A stretch of DNA of 57,390 nt, from the NCBI GenBank assembly GCA_964604875.1, contig CAZSAC010000003.1, positions 1-57,390 on the forward strand. Direction: 5' to 3'. Made by a program: the position numbers and the translations under genes. Source of the DNA: an uncultured Bacteroidaceae bacterium (GTDB lineage Bacteria; Bacillota; Clostridia; Christensenellales; CAG-917). How positions within the stretch are numbered: position 1 is the stretch's first letter; each line of letters begins with the position of its first letter. Shown in pieces: positions 16,112 through 25,976 of this stretch. The notes beneath the pieces were generated by a model. The model saw only the letters and a program-made list of their open reading frames with translations, was not told where the DNA came from and made no database searches.

Positions 16112-17941
16112 TTAGCCTTTATTTTCTTCAATCAATTTAACGATTTTTTCAATCTTCTTTTCTTTAAGTTTGATTGCCGAATCCTTATTATCTTTTATAA
16201 ACGCTTGAGACGCGATAGTATAAACGTCATTTTCATTGGCTGTTTTCAATGCGTCAACAAAAATATCTCTAAAAGATTTATCCAGCGTTACTTCACTGCC
16301 ATATCTGCCATAGCTTACAACATAGTCTAAAGGAAGAATGCCGTTTTCCACAGTCAAGGGATTGCCTTCTTTATCAATGGCTTTTTCGTCGTAAGGGATA
16401 TAGCTGACAAACATAATGTGGATACCGTAATCGGTTACGCAATACATTCCTTTGATTTTGTCTTCACGGGAATCGGTTGCGTCGGCTGTAGTATATGTTC
16501 CGAGTCCTTTTTTAATAAGGTCACGTCCTAAGTCGGTAAACTCTATGACGTAATCGGATTTTTCACCATCGGGGGTAATCAAATATCCGTTCCCGCTGTT
16601 TGATATGCCGCTGTTTTCTTTGTCGTACATACCGCTGTCGTCGTTAACCATATAAACCCACTCGGTCGCCTTCTCGCGCAGCGCGGTAAACTTTTGGAAA
16701 TCATTTAGCGTTACGTCTTTGGAAATAGTTTCAAATGACGTAAATATTTCGTCTAAAATGGTTGCAACGGGCACATTTTCTCTTTCATAGGGTTTTGCTG
16801 GGCACTTAGGGTCTTCACATACGGGGTTTTTAGAGTCCTCTGCGTGAGCGGCACATTCTTTGCAATCTTTATAGTCGGGGTCGTACGCCAAGTTTGAAAC
16901 GTTGACTTTAATTTCTTGTGCAAGTAAAGCGCGGTACGCTTTGACGTTTTCATCAGACACGTTGCCTGACGCCGTAAGTTGTTTTAACGCGGCAGTTTGC
17001 TCATCGCTGAATTTCAATAAAATATTGTAAACATAGCCATAGCCCTTTATGGGGTGATATAGCGTGCTTGTCAAACTGCTGGTGATTGATGCGCTATATG
17101 AACTGTTGTTATCTGCGGCAAATGCCTCTTTATTCTTTTTGATATAGCTGTTGTATTCTGCTTCCAATAAAGCGTCGGAAACCGTAAAGCCCTTGGAAAG
17201 AGTGCGTTGCCAGTTAGACAGCATTGCGCTTTCGTAATTCTTATTCAAATAATAATCGTAATCACGATAGTTCTTTTCCAAATCCGATTTCAAATCCGCC
17301 AAAGCTCTCGTGATAAATTTGCTATCCTCGTGACCATAGTCATAACCTTCGTCAAAGAATTTCTTTGTAAATGTATCAACGGTGGCGTCGGGGTCAAACT
17401 TTGCTTCGGCGTCAGCCGGACGAACGGGACGAGGCTCAAGTACGTCCTCTTTTTCTTCGTCTTCTTCTTTATCTTCGTCGTCGGTAACCTCGTCATCCTC
17501 TGTTGCCGCCTCTTTTTCCAACTCTTCCAAAATAGTGTCATACCAAGACTGCATTGTGGTGTTAGTCTCTTTTATCGCGTTGTCGATTTCAGCGGGAGTC
17601 AAAAGATTGACAATATCCGTATCGGAGGAAAGCCCTTTCGCCTTTGCCAACTCGCAACGAACATACAACATAAGCAGTTGACGGTTGGACAAGGATTCAA
17701 CCAATAAATCCACCGTTTCGGTAACGGTGTAGCCATAGTACATTGTATAATAGTAGCCATAGGAATTATACGCTTCGATAATATCGGCTTTGGTCACAGC
17801 TGAGGATAACCCACCATAGTTCACTTCCACCATAACCTGTTTGGAATCACGTTCGTCGTTTTTGGTGATAACATCACAACCGACGCACATCGAAAGCGCG
17901 AAAGCTATTATAAGAAAAATCGCAATTAATTTACCTTTCAT
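16112..17941 (-). CDS. Lipoprotein, distantly SurA/PrsA-like, with an acidic tract and a Cys4 insert
   Basis: Lipobox SMCVGC and a SurA-N-like start. The acidic run is EDDEVTDDEDKEEDEEKED. The cysteine motif is CKEC-x11-C-x4-C. A parvulin-like remnant (TDYGIHIMFVS) is present, and the position downstream of mfd matches other Firmicutes. Confidence 0.5.
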   Translation of the reverse strand: MKGKLIAIFLIIAFALSMCVGCDVITKNDERDSKQVMVEVNYGGLSSAVTKADIIEAYNSYGYYYTMYYGYTVTETVDLLVESLSNRQLLMLYVRCELAKAKGLSSDTDIVNLLTPAEIDNAIKETNTTMQSWYDTILEELEKEAATEDDEVTDDEDKEEDEEKEDVLEPRPVRPADAEAKFDPDATVDTFTKKFFDEGYDYGHEDSKFITRALADLKSDLEKNYRDYDYYLNKNYESAMLSNWQRTLSKGFTVSDALLEAEYNSYIKKNKEAFAADNNSSYSASITSSLTSTLYHPIKGYGYVYNILLKFSDEQTAALKQLTASGNVSDENVKAYRALLAQEIKVNVSNLAYDPDYKDCKECAAHAEDSKNPVCEDPKCPAKPYERENVPVATILDEIFTSFETISKDVTLNDFQKFTALREKATEWVYMVNDDSGMYDKENSGISNSGNGYLITPDGEKSDYVIEFTDLGRDLIKKGLGTYTTADATDSREDKIKGMYCVTDYGIHIMFVSYIPYDEKAIDKEGNPLTVENGILPLDYVVSYGRYGSEVTLDKSFRDIFVDALKTANENDVYTIASQAFIKDNKDSAIKLKEKKIEKIVKLIEENKG

Positions 17942-18013
17942 TTTTATCTCCTACTATAAAATGTGCAATTTTTGCATAACAAAATCTGCCTATTTTATAA
18001 AACTGTATTAATT

Positions 18014-18042
18014 ATTATATAGTATTACAATAATTATGGCAA
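18014..18042 (-). promoter_or_regulatory. Candidate sigma-A promoter for the 16112-17941 lipoprotein gene
   Basis: The minus strand reads TTGCCA, a 17-nt spacer, then TATAAT, about 70 nt upstream of the start codon. Confidence 0.4.
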
Positions 18043-18094
18043 ACATTTTTTATTAAAATCCGCATTGAAAAGCGCCTTTTGTTTGCCCGATGGT

Positions 18095-21000
18095 TTAAAT
18101 ATCCGCTTTAGCGCAAAATTTTATCATAAGTTGCAAGACTTGTTCGGCGGTTTTTCCCTTGCAATTAAAAAGAAGTTGCGGAGGTATTGTTGCAGTCAGC
18201 ACCACTTCCTTGTCCATATCGGCGACGGTTTTTAGCAAGCTTTCCTGCTTAAATACGTCCGCAGATTCAAAGGCAAAGCCCGCCCCTTTTCTGTTTAATA
18301 CAATTTTTGTCACGCCTATGCGCCCCGCAATACTTTTTATAAGGGCAATATCGATTAAGTTTATCAATGGCGTCGTCGGCGCGCCGTAAATATCCGTCAG
18401 CGTCTCAATAAGCTCATTTCTTTCTTTCAGTGTTCTTACCTCGGAAATTTGCTTATAAATTCTAATTTTATCGCTTTGGCTGACATAGTTTTCGCTGATA
18501 TAGGCGTTACAGTCGATTTTAACCTCAACTTCATTCTTATAGTTGCTCTTTCCGTTTTTGATTTCGTTTACCGTTTCTTCCAACAGCCTTGAATACAAAT
18601 CGTAACCAACCTTTTCTATATGTCCGTGTTGCTCCGCCCCCAAAAAACTGCCGGCCCCTCGAATTTCCAAATCCCTCAAGGATATTTTAAACCCGCTTCC
18701 AAATTCCGCAAATTCCGAAAGCGCAGTTAAGCGTTGTACGGCTTGCTCGGACAAAACCTTGCCTTGCCGAGTGGTAAAATATGCGTGCGCCAAAGCTCCG
18801 CCTCGTCCGACGCGTCCCCGTAACTGATAAAGTTGCGACAAACCGAATTTGTCTGCGTCAATTACAAAAAGCGTATTTGCGTCAGGTAAATCAATACCGT
18901 TTTCTATAATGGTTGTGGCAACCAATATATCTGCGTCACGCTGATAAAACGCCGTCATTTTTAAGTCTAACTCGCTTGTGGGCATCTGCCCGTGAGCAAC
19001 GATAATGCGCGCGTTGCTGTTTAATATCTCGCGGATTTTTTGGGCAAATTCGTCAATGGTTTCCACATAATTGTATAGCACGAAAACCTGTCCGCCCCTT
19101 GCAAGCTCTCTTGTTAAGGCGTCTTTTAAAATTGCGTCGCTGTATTCTAAAACATAGTTTTGCACGGGTAGTCGGTTTTTGGGCGGAGTTTCCAACAAGG
19201 ATATATCCCTAACCCCCGATAACGCAAGGTTTAGCGTTCTTGGAATCGGCGTGGCGGTCAACGTCAGCACGTTTACGTCTCGCTTTAAATTTTTAAGTTT
19301 TTCCTTATGCTCAACGCCAAAACGCTGTTCCTCGTCTAAAACCAACAAGCCTAAATCGTGGAATACGACGTCCTTGCTAAGCAATCTGTGCGTTGCAACA
19401 ACTATACTCACCGTGCCTGTTTTCAAGCCCTCTAATACTGTTTTGATTTCCGCAGGCGACTGAAACCTTGAAAGAAGCTTTATATTTATGCCAAACCCCT
19501 CAAGCCTTGCTTGAAGCGTATTGAAATGCTGTTTTGCCAAAATTGTCGTCGGCGCCAGTATTGCCGCCTGTCTGTTTTCAATTATGGTTTTAAACATCGC
19601 GCGGAAAGCCACTTCCGTTTTACCATATCCGACGTCTCCGCATACAAGCCTGTCCATAAGACGTCCTTTTTCCATATCCGATTTTATTTCTGCAACTGCA
19701 GTGGCTTGGTCATCGGTAAGTTCAAACTCAAATTTATCCTCAAATTCTTTCTGCCACGCCGTATCGGGCGGATAGATGTGTCCCTTTTGCTTTTCCCGTT
19801 CGGAATAAAGCTGCAACAAGTCTATGGCGAGTTTTTTAACCGACTGCTTTACCTTTTCTTTGGTTTTTGCAAACTCCTTGCCGCCGATTTTGTTTAAGCG
19901 TGGCGTTTCACCGCCCGTAAACTTGGACAACATATCCATTTGGTCAATCGGCACGTATAATTTATCGCCGTCTTTATACCGCAAAACCACAAAATCTTTT
20001 ATAATCCCTGCGGCATTAAGCTTTTCCGTTCCCTCACAATAGCCAATCCCGTGGACGGTATGGACAACATAGTCGCCGGCTTTTATTTGAACGGTCTCTC
20101 TTTTTGGTTTTGAAAATCCTCTTCTGTTTCTGTTTTTCCCAAACAGTTCTTCCGTACCCAAAACCACAAGCTTTGCATTATGATATATAAAGCCCGTGCT
20201 GATATTTAGCGTGGTTGCCGACACGCCTCCCGAAAGCTCGTCTGTTACATAAACCATTACTCCGTTTTGCTTTAAGCTATCGGCGACGGTGTTGGCTCGG
20301 CTTAAATCGGTGCAACACAAAATCACACGGTAATTGTTGTATATGAAATTTTTTAAATCAACTACAAGCGCGTTATTATCCAAATAATACCTAGTCATCG
20401 CTTGGCTTCTGAACGCGAACTGCGCCTTGGCTTCAAAGATAGGATTCAGCGAGGTAAGCTGTTGAAAAGCAAGACGACGAAACAGCGTAGATTGCGCAAA
20501 TATTTCGTTTTTGGAAATTATAGAGTTTTTATGCTTTTCCAAAGCAGAATTTCCTTCAGTCAAGCTTTTGACACGGCTAAAATGCTCTTTTATCAGCAAA
20601 TCGAGCTTATCGGATAAAATCTTTGGTTCATCGAAAATGACAACGGCGTTATCCGGAAGGTAGTCGAAAACCGTTGACAAATTATCCATAAACGGAAGCG
20701 CCCAAATCAAGGTATAATCATTGGGATTATTTTCAAGCTTAGCAATAATATCGGCAATAATTTCCGCAACATAGCCGTCGGCTTTAATGCGTGACAGCTT
20801 TTTGATAACCTCTTTAGCCTCGTCGTCCGACAACAGAATATCCGACGACGGCGGAATAATCACGCTTTCCAAAACCTCAATGCTTTCCATAGAATCGGCG
20901 TCAAAAGCTTTTATGGTTTCGATTATCGTATCAAAAAAGTTTATGCGAATCGGGTTTGAAAACGACAACGGATAGATGTCTAAAATATCTCCTCTAATGC

Positions 21001-21538
21001 TGAAGCTTCCCTTTTCTTTTGCCATTTCAGCTCGGGAATAACCGCCTCGAACAAGCTTTGCAATTATGTCGGATATTTCATATTCAAAATCTTTTTTAAG
21101 CGTCAACAAGCTCGCCTTAAACGATTTTGCGTTGGGCAAATATTGCAAAAGCGCTTCCGCAGGTATTACCGTAATATCGGCTTGCAAAGCGCAAAGCTTG
21201 GATAACGCGTCTATACGTTTTGCCGTGTTTTCTATGGAATACGCCGCGCGGTGAATAAGCAAATCGTCCTTCTCTGCCAAAAGCGCAACCCGCTCGCCTG
21301 CGTAGCCTTGAAACTTTTCATATGCGTCGGCTGCTGCAAGACGGTCTAGCGCGATATACAAAACCGGCGCGTCCAAAGCGGAGCTAACGTGTATTTTCGC
21401 GCCTGAAGCAAGCGAAAACGCCGTGGTTGGTTTCCCACCCCGTACTGCGTCATAGAGTTTTTTAAAGTCTCCGCCAATATTATTAAGCTGTAAAAAATCG
21501 TTCAATTTATGCTTCCGCCTTTCGGCAAGTAGAGTCAC
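18095..21538 (-). CDS. mfd: Transcription-repair coupling factor
   Basis: 1147 aa with a CarD-like RNAP-interacting domain (GDYVVHTVHGIGYCEG) and SF2 helicase motifs GDVGYGKTEVA and DEEQRFG. It overlaps the pth stop by 4 nt. Confidence 0.95.
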   Translation of the reverse strand: MTLLAERRKHKLNDFLQLNNIGGDFKKLYDAVRGGKPTTAFSLASGAKIHVSSALDAPVLYIALDRLAAADAYEKFQGYAGERVALLAEKDDLLIHRAAYSIENTAKRIDALSKLCALQADITVIPAEALLQYLPNAKSFKASLLTLKKDFEYEISDIIAKLVRGGYSRAEMAKEKGSFSIRGDILDIYPLSFSNPIRINFFDTIIETIKAFDADSMESIEVLESVIIPPSSDILLSDDEAKEVIKKLSRIKADGYVAEIIADIIAKLENNPNDYTLIWALPFMDNLSTVFDYLPDNAVVIFDEPKILSDKLDLLIKEHFSRVKSLTEGNSALEKHKNSIISKNEIFAQSTLFRRLAFQQLTSLNPIFEAKAQFAFRSQAMTRYYLDNNALVVDLKNFIYNNYRVILCCTDLSRANTVADSLKQNGVMVYVTDELSGGVSATTLNISTGFIYHNAKLVVLGTEELFGKNRNRRGFSKPKRETVQIKAGDYVVHTVHGIGYCEGTEKLNAAGIIKDFVVLRYKDGDKLYVPIDQMDMLSKFTGGETPRLNKIGGKEFAKTKEKVKQSVKKLAIDLLQLYSEREKQKGHIYPPDTAWQKEFEDKFEFELTDDQATAVAEIKSDMEKGRLMDRLVCGDVGYGKTEVAFRAMFKTIIENRQAAILAPTTILAKQHFNTLQARLEGFGINIKLLSRFQSPAEIKTVLEGLKTGTVSIVVATHRLLSKDVVFHDLGLLVLDEEQRFGVEHKEKLKNLKRDVNVLTLTATPIPRTLNLALSGVRDISLLETPPKNRLPVQNYVLEYSDAILKDALTRELARGGQVFVLYNYVETIDEFAQKIREILNSNARIIVAHGQMPTSELDLKMTAFYQRDADILVATTIIENGIDLPDANTLFVIDADKFGLSQLYQLRGRVGRGGALAHAYFTTRQGKVLSEQAVQRLTALSEFAEFGSGFKISLRDLEIRGAGSFLGAEQHGHIEKVGYDLYSRLLEETVNEIKNGKSNYKNEVEVKIDCNAYISENYVSQSDKIRIYKQISEVRTLKERNELIETLTDIYGAPTTPLINLIDIALIKSIAGRIGVTKIVLNRKGAGFAFESADVFKQESLLKTVADMDKEVVLTATIPPQLLFNCKGKTAEQVLQLMIKFCAKADI

Positions 21539-22095
21539 TTATTGTATTGTTGCATAACCTTTTCAAAGTCGTTGGAGCGGATATAATCCATCAACGCTTC
21601 TGCGGCGCGCTCGGTGGAGTTTTCCAAAAGCTTTTTATTTTCGCCCGAGATTTTGGCAAGCACAACATTCATCAAAGGTATCTCTCCGTGGTCAAACCCT
21701 ATGCCCACTCTAATCCGCTTAAAATCCTTTCCGCCGATACATTCTACAATATTTTTCATACCGTTGTGCGTACCGCCGCTTCCTTCCTGTCGGAGTCTCA
21801 GCGTCCCAATCGGAATATCGACATCGTCGTAAACCAGAACCAAATCCTCGTGCGTGGCGTGATATTTCCCCAACAGCTCCCTCGCCGATTCACCTGATAA
21901 GTTCATATATGTAGTGGGTTTAGCCAAAACAAGTTTTTTGCCGTCAACATACGTTACGGCAGTTTTAGCGTTGCATTCTGTCGTATTAAACCTTATATTT
22001 AGCATTTTTGCCAGCTTGTCCACTACGCAAAACCCCAAATTATGATAGGTGTTTTTATAGTTTAAGCCAACGTTTCCCAACCCGATAATAATCAT
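21535..22095 (-). CDS. pth: Peptidyl-tRNA hydrolase
   Basis: GLGNVG...YHNLGF N-terminus and a GTHNGMKN motif; 186 aa; conserved pth-mfd order. Confidence 0.92.
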   Translation of the reverse strand: MIIIGLGNVGLNYKNTYHNLGFCVVDKLAKMLNIRFNTTECNAKTAVTYVDGKKLVLAKPTTYMNLSGESARELLGKYHATHEDLVLVYDDVDIPIGTLRLRQEGSGGTHNGMKNIVECIGGKDFKRIRVGIGFDHGEIPLMNVVLAKISGENKKLLENSTERAAEALMDYIRSNDFEKVMQQYNK

Positions 22096-22142
22096 ATGTT
22101 ACCTTTGCATTAGTCATTATACACGAAAAAGCTGATTTTGTA

Positions 22143-22592
22143 TCATTTTTTACGCTTTTGTTTAAAGTAGTTTGATAAAAGTTCGGCGCATTCTTTTTCC
22201 ATAATTCCACCCTGAACCTTGCATCGGTGGTTAAACCTTTCGTCTTCAGGCAGATTATACAGCGTTCCGCAACAGCCCGCCTTGGGGTCGTACGCGCCAA
22301 AATATATGCCGTCAATTCTGCTGTTTATCAACGCGCCAGCGCACATAGGGCAAGGCTCCAGAGTTACATAAATATCGCAACCGTGCAAACGCCAGTTCCC
22401 CACTTTTTTTACAGCTTGTTGTATGGCAATAATTTCTGCGTGGGCAACGGCGCAATCCTTTGTTTCTTTTTTGTTGTGGGCGCGCGCAATTATTTCGCCG
22501 TCCTTAACAATGACCGCGCCTATCGGCACCTCGTCGTATTTTAAACCCTTTACCGCAATTTTAATGGCTTGCGTCATAAATTTTTCTTCCAT
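22143..22592 (-). CDS. tadA: tRNA-specific adenosine deaminase
   Basis: CDA-fold zinc motifs HAEIIAI and PCPMCAGA; 149 aa. Confidence 0.9.
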   Translation of the reverse strand: MEEKFMTQAIKIAVKGLKYDEVPIGAVIVKDGEIIARAHNKKETKDCAVAHAEIIAIQQAVKKVGNWRLHGCDIYVTLEPCPMCAGALINSRIDGIYFGAYDPKAGCCGTLYNLPEDERFNHRCKVQGGIMEKECAELLSNYFKQKRKK

Positions 22593-23398
22593 ATTATCTT
22601 TCCTGCTTCCTCCAACAGCTTTGGAACATCGGCGTTTTCTTTTAGTATTGTATCGTACGCTTCATCAGGCAAAGGGTGAGAATAGGCGTCGTCGCCAACC
22701 TCTATCGTCAGCCCTAAACCAAATCCCTTGTTTACAAACCAATCCTTATATCCGCCCGAGCTGGTTACGCTTTCCGTAAGCGGATAGCCCGTTATTTCAG
22801 AAAACCTTTTTGCCAAATCGGCGTACGGATTTAAGCCCTTAAAGCCTTGATAAATTACGTTGCCTTTAGCGTGATAGCTTATTGATACGCAAAAGCGGTA
22901 TTTTTTTGTCAAGTTCACAAGCGCGACGGTTTCGGGCTCGCTTTCGGGATATTGCCCGATGTAGTTTTCAAAGCAAGGATAAGTTATATTTTTATCTCCG
23001 CCGCCCCAGTCTGCATCGAAATTAACATTGTTATCGACAGCCCTGCCGTTGGCTTTCCAAAGCTCAAAATTTGCGCTTTTGTTGACGTCTAGCAAAAACC
23101 TGCGGTATTCCTGCGGTACGCTGTCCACACCTTTGCAAGCAAGCTCCACTCCGTCGGGGTTTACCATAGGGACAAAGCATATCGCTTCTCCCTCGTGCTT
23201 TATTGCCAAATCCAAAACCAGCCTCGAGGTAATATTTTCCCGCGCGTGTATTCCGCCGTGAATAAGCGTTTTGGGGTTATCACCTCCCACAAAAACCGCA
23301 AATATCGGCCGATTAAAAAAACTGTTTCCGATTACCTCAATTTTTGCATGACCACCCAAAGCCTTCAGTCCGTTTTTAAGTTGCTCAAAATCAAACAT
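22574..23398 (-). CDS. M14-family zinc carboxypeptidase (gamma-D-Glu-mDAP peptidase-like)
   Basis: The HGGIHARENITS (HxxE) zinc motif, the size and the absence of a signal peptide are typical of cytoplasmic murein-peptide M14 enzymes. Confidence 0.65.
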   Translation of the reverse strand: MFDFEQLKNGLKALGGHAKIEVIGNSFFNRPIFAVFVGGDNPKTLIHGGIHARENITSRLVLDLAIKHEGEAICFVPMVNPDGVELACKGVDSVPQEYRRFLLDVNKSANFELWKANGRAVDNNVNFDADWGGGDKNITYPCFENYIGQYPESEPETVALVNLTKKYRFCVSISYHAKGNVIYQGFKGLNPYADLAKRFSEITGYPLTESVTSSGGYKDWFVNKGFGLGLTIEVGDDAYSHPLPDEAYDTILKENADVPKLLEEAGKIIWKKNL

Positions 23399-23421
23399 AT
23401 ATTTTAGTATATGCTTTTATT

Positions 23422-23892
23422 TTATTTATGGTAAGGCAAGTTATTGTTTATCGCCAACGCCCTATAAATCTGCTCTGATAAAATAACTCTCATAAGCTGA
23501 TGCGGATAGGTGACTCTCCCAAACGATATGCGCTTGTCCACTTTATTATATACTTCTTCGGACAATCCGTTTGAGCCTCCGATTATAAAGCTGATTTCCG
23601 AAACGCCCTCGGCGCATTTTTTATCCACCACCTGCGCAAGCCCCTCGCTTGAAACCAACTCGCCATCTATTGCCGTTGCGATACAAAAGCCTTTCATTTT
23701 GGATAAAATAGCTTTCCCCTCTTGAGTTTGACTAAGCTTTATTGCCGAATCCGACTGAGCCTTTGGCGGAAACTCGGCGCACTCGATTATTTGGATTTCT
23801 GCAAATCTTGAAATTCTTTTTGCATATTCTTCTATAGCGTCGATAAAATATTTCTCTTTGATTTTTCCAACCGCAATAATATTTATCCTCAT
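23422..23892 (-). CDS. rlmH: 23S rRNA (pseudouridine1915-N3)-methyltransferase RlmH
   Basis: The start is refined to MRINIIAVGKIKEKY (ATG at 23892), which overlaps the upstream stop as ATGA. The SPOUT C-terminus is FIIGGSNGLSEEV...LSEQIYRA. Confidence 0.88.
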   Translation of the reverse strand: MRINIIAVGKIKEKYFIDAIEEYAKRISRFAEIQIIECAEFPPKAQSDSAIKLSQTQEGKAILSKMKGFCIATAIDGELVSSEGLAQVVDKKCAEGVSEISFIIGGSNGLSEEVYNKVDKRISFGRVTYPHQLMRVILSEQIYRALAINNNLPYHK

Positions 23893-24872
23893 CTGATAAG
23901 CCCCCAAACCAATGTAAATATCGTAACTGCCGACATCATAACAATGGTAACATACAAAAACAGGTTTTCCCATCCGACGCTTTTGCCTTTTATAACCTTA
24001 ACGTCGTCAATTCTTTCTACGCTGAACAGCGTTTTTCCTTTTTGTTTTTCCATACCCAATATCGGCAACAAAACAATTACGGCAAGTACCGCAATGATAA
24101 ACAAAACGTTTCCTACCACATATCCCGCTACACTTCCAAAAATCCAATTATAGAAGCGGTTTCCTATATCGCAAAAATTTCCCGTGCCCGTACCAAAGCT
24201 TCGTAACACAGAAATGCCGTTGTTTACAAAATGCGCCAGCATTGCGGGATAAATGCTCTTGGTATAATAAACCATCGCTCCCGAAATAAGCCCCGCAACA
24301 AAGGTATAGCCCACCTGCGTTATATTTGTATGCATCAGCGCAAACATCATCGCCGTAGTAAATATAACCTTATAAGAGCTTCGTCTATGCCCGCAATACA
24401 ACAAGCCACGGTTGGTAAACTCCTCAAAAATTGTGGGGAGCGTCGCAGTAAAAATCATTTCCAACAAAAGCATTTCCCACGAGGAAAACGCGCTTCCCGT
24501 GGACAAGCCTTTATTATAACCGATAACAGAAAGCAACCCGTGCCAAACAGAGGAAACACAAACCACAATGAAAGACGACAGCAACGAGATTATCAATGCA
24601 ATCAGCCACGCCTTTTTATTGGGAAAAACGTCGTAACCGAAATCACAAAATAAACGTTTAGTCGGCGTTGATTGTTTGGTTGTCTTTAAATAAATCCAAT
24701 ACAGCGCAAACGGAACCATGCCCATTGCGACAATCTGAACAAGCAACGAAAATATGCGGTTATAGTTTTCTAGATTATCAAAAACTCCCAAAGCAAAAAT
24801 TATGCGCACTGCAATAAGCGATAGCATTGAGAGAAAATATATAAAGTTTATATAAAATTTGTTTTTATCCAT
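23889..24872 (-). CDS. CPBP-family intramembrane glutamic endopeptidase (paralog 2)
   Basis: Polytopic membrane protein with EEFTNRGLL (EExxxR), FALMH and LAHFVNN motifs. Confidence 0.8.
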   Translation of the reverse strand: MDKNKFYINFIYFLSMLSLIAVRIIFALGVFDNLENYNRIFSLLVQIVAMGMVPFALYWIYLKTTKQSTPTKRLFCDFGYDVFPNKKAWLIALIISLLSSFIVVCVSSVWHGLLSVIGYNKGLSTGSAFSSWEMLLLEMIFTATLPTIFEEFTNRGLLYCGHRRSSYKVIFTTAMMFALMHTNITQVGYTFVAGLISGAMVYYTKSIYPAMLAHFVNNGISVLRSFGTGTGNFCDIGNRFYNWIFGSVAGYVVGNVLFIIAVLAVIVLLPILGMEKQKGKTLFSVERIDDVKVIKGKSVGWENLFLYVTIVMMSAVTIFTLVWGLIR

Positions 24873-25976
24873 TTATGATGCAAATCCTACAACCAGCGCA
24901 AGTATCCACAATATCCCTAATACTATGAAAGCAAGTTTGATATTTGGCGGATAAAAGTCTTCTCGGGTGGGTTCCTCCGGCTCAGGCAATGGCGCAACCT
25001 CGCATAAAGAATCGTTTATCTCGCTATATCTTTGTCTAAACCCTTTTCTTGTAAAAAGACCGCCCAACCATATTAACGCGGACACAAATGCGTTATGAGT
25101 GGTTTTCAATTTGCCGTCGGGGTAAACGTCTATGACTTCCTCTTGATTAAAGCGTATTTTGTCTTTGGATAGCTCGGTAAATTTTTTGAGCAACATTACA
25201 ACTATTGCGCAACCTATAACCATACTTATTGCCCAAATAATATATTTGATAAACCCCGGCCAGCTATCTGCGCGAATGAGATTCATAAACCATACCAATG
25301 GATAATCCAAAACCAAGCTTAACAAATTGTTGAAAAAGTGCAACAAAATGCCCGCCCACAGCGAGCCCGACGCAATAACGATATACGCTAAAACTACACC
25401 CAATAAAAACTGGTGGACAGTTTGTAAGGGACTGCCGTGCATAAGCGAAAACAGTCCCGCCGTGACCAAAATTGCATAAACGTAATCACGCTTTTGCTCG
25501 GCGCAATTCAAAACGCCGCCACGTATAAAAATTTCTTCAGAAAAAGCGGGCGCAACTGCAAACACCAAAATACTCAACAAAAAAATCCATATGTTTGTGT
25601 CAGTATCAGGGAGCGCATTATCTAAAGAAAAGCCAAGCCTTTGAAGTCCCTCTAAAAAAACGTTCGTTATTGGCAAAAACGCCATAATGCAAAATATAGA
25701 AAGCAGCGCAATTATGAGCACTTGCTTTTTTGATAAATTCCAAGTAAAACGCGTCGCCGATTTAAAATCCACTTTCTTCTTTCTTGCGAAAAAAACCGTA
25801 ACACCGATAAATGCGATAGGGTTTATAAAATAACTTACCCACGTGGCAACAGTTGATTCTTTGAAAAATACAAGCATAATGGCTTGCCACGCCAAAGATA
25901 AGGCGTAAAATATCCCAAATCCAAGTAAAAACAGATTGCCCGTATTGGAAAATCTAAAGTGTTTTCTTTTATTCAT
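24873..25976 (-). CDS. CPBP-family intramembrane glutamic endopeptidase (paralog 1)
   Basis: The start is refined to MNKRKHF (ATG at 25976, an 8-nt overlap with the upstream gene). Motifs are SEEIFIRGGV, FSLMH and LLHFFNN. Confidence 0.8.
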   Translation of the reverse strand: MNKRKHFRFSNTGNLFLLGFGIFYALSLAWQAIMLVFFKESTVATWVSYFINPIAFIGVTVFFARKKKVDFKSATRFTWNLSKKQVLIIALLSIFCIMAFLPITNVFLEGLQRLGFSLDNALPDTDTNIWIFLLSILVFAVAPAFSEEIFIRGGVLNCAEQKRDYVYAILVTAGLFSLMHGSPLQTVHQFLLGVVLAYIVIASGSLWAGILLHFFNNLLSLVLDYPLVWFMNLIRADSWPGFIKYIIWAISMVIGCAIVVMLLKKFTELSKDKIRFNQEEVIDVYPDGKLKTTHNAFVSALIWLGGLFTRKGFRQRYSEINDSLCEVAPLPEPEEPTREDFYPPNIKLAFIVLGILWILALVVGFAS

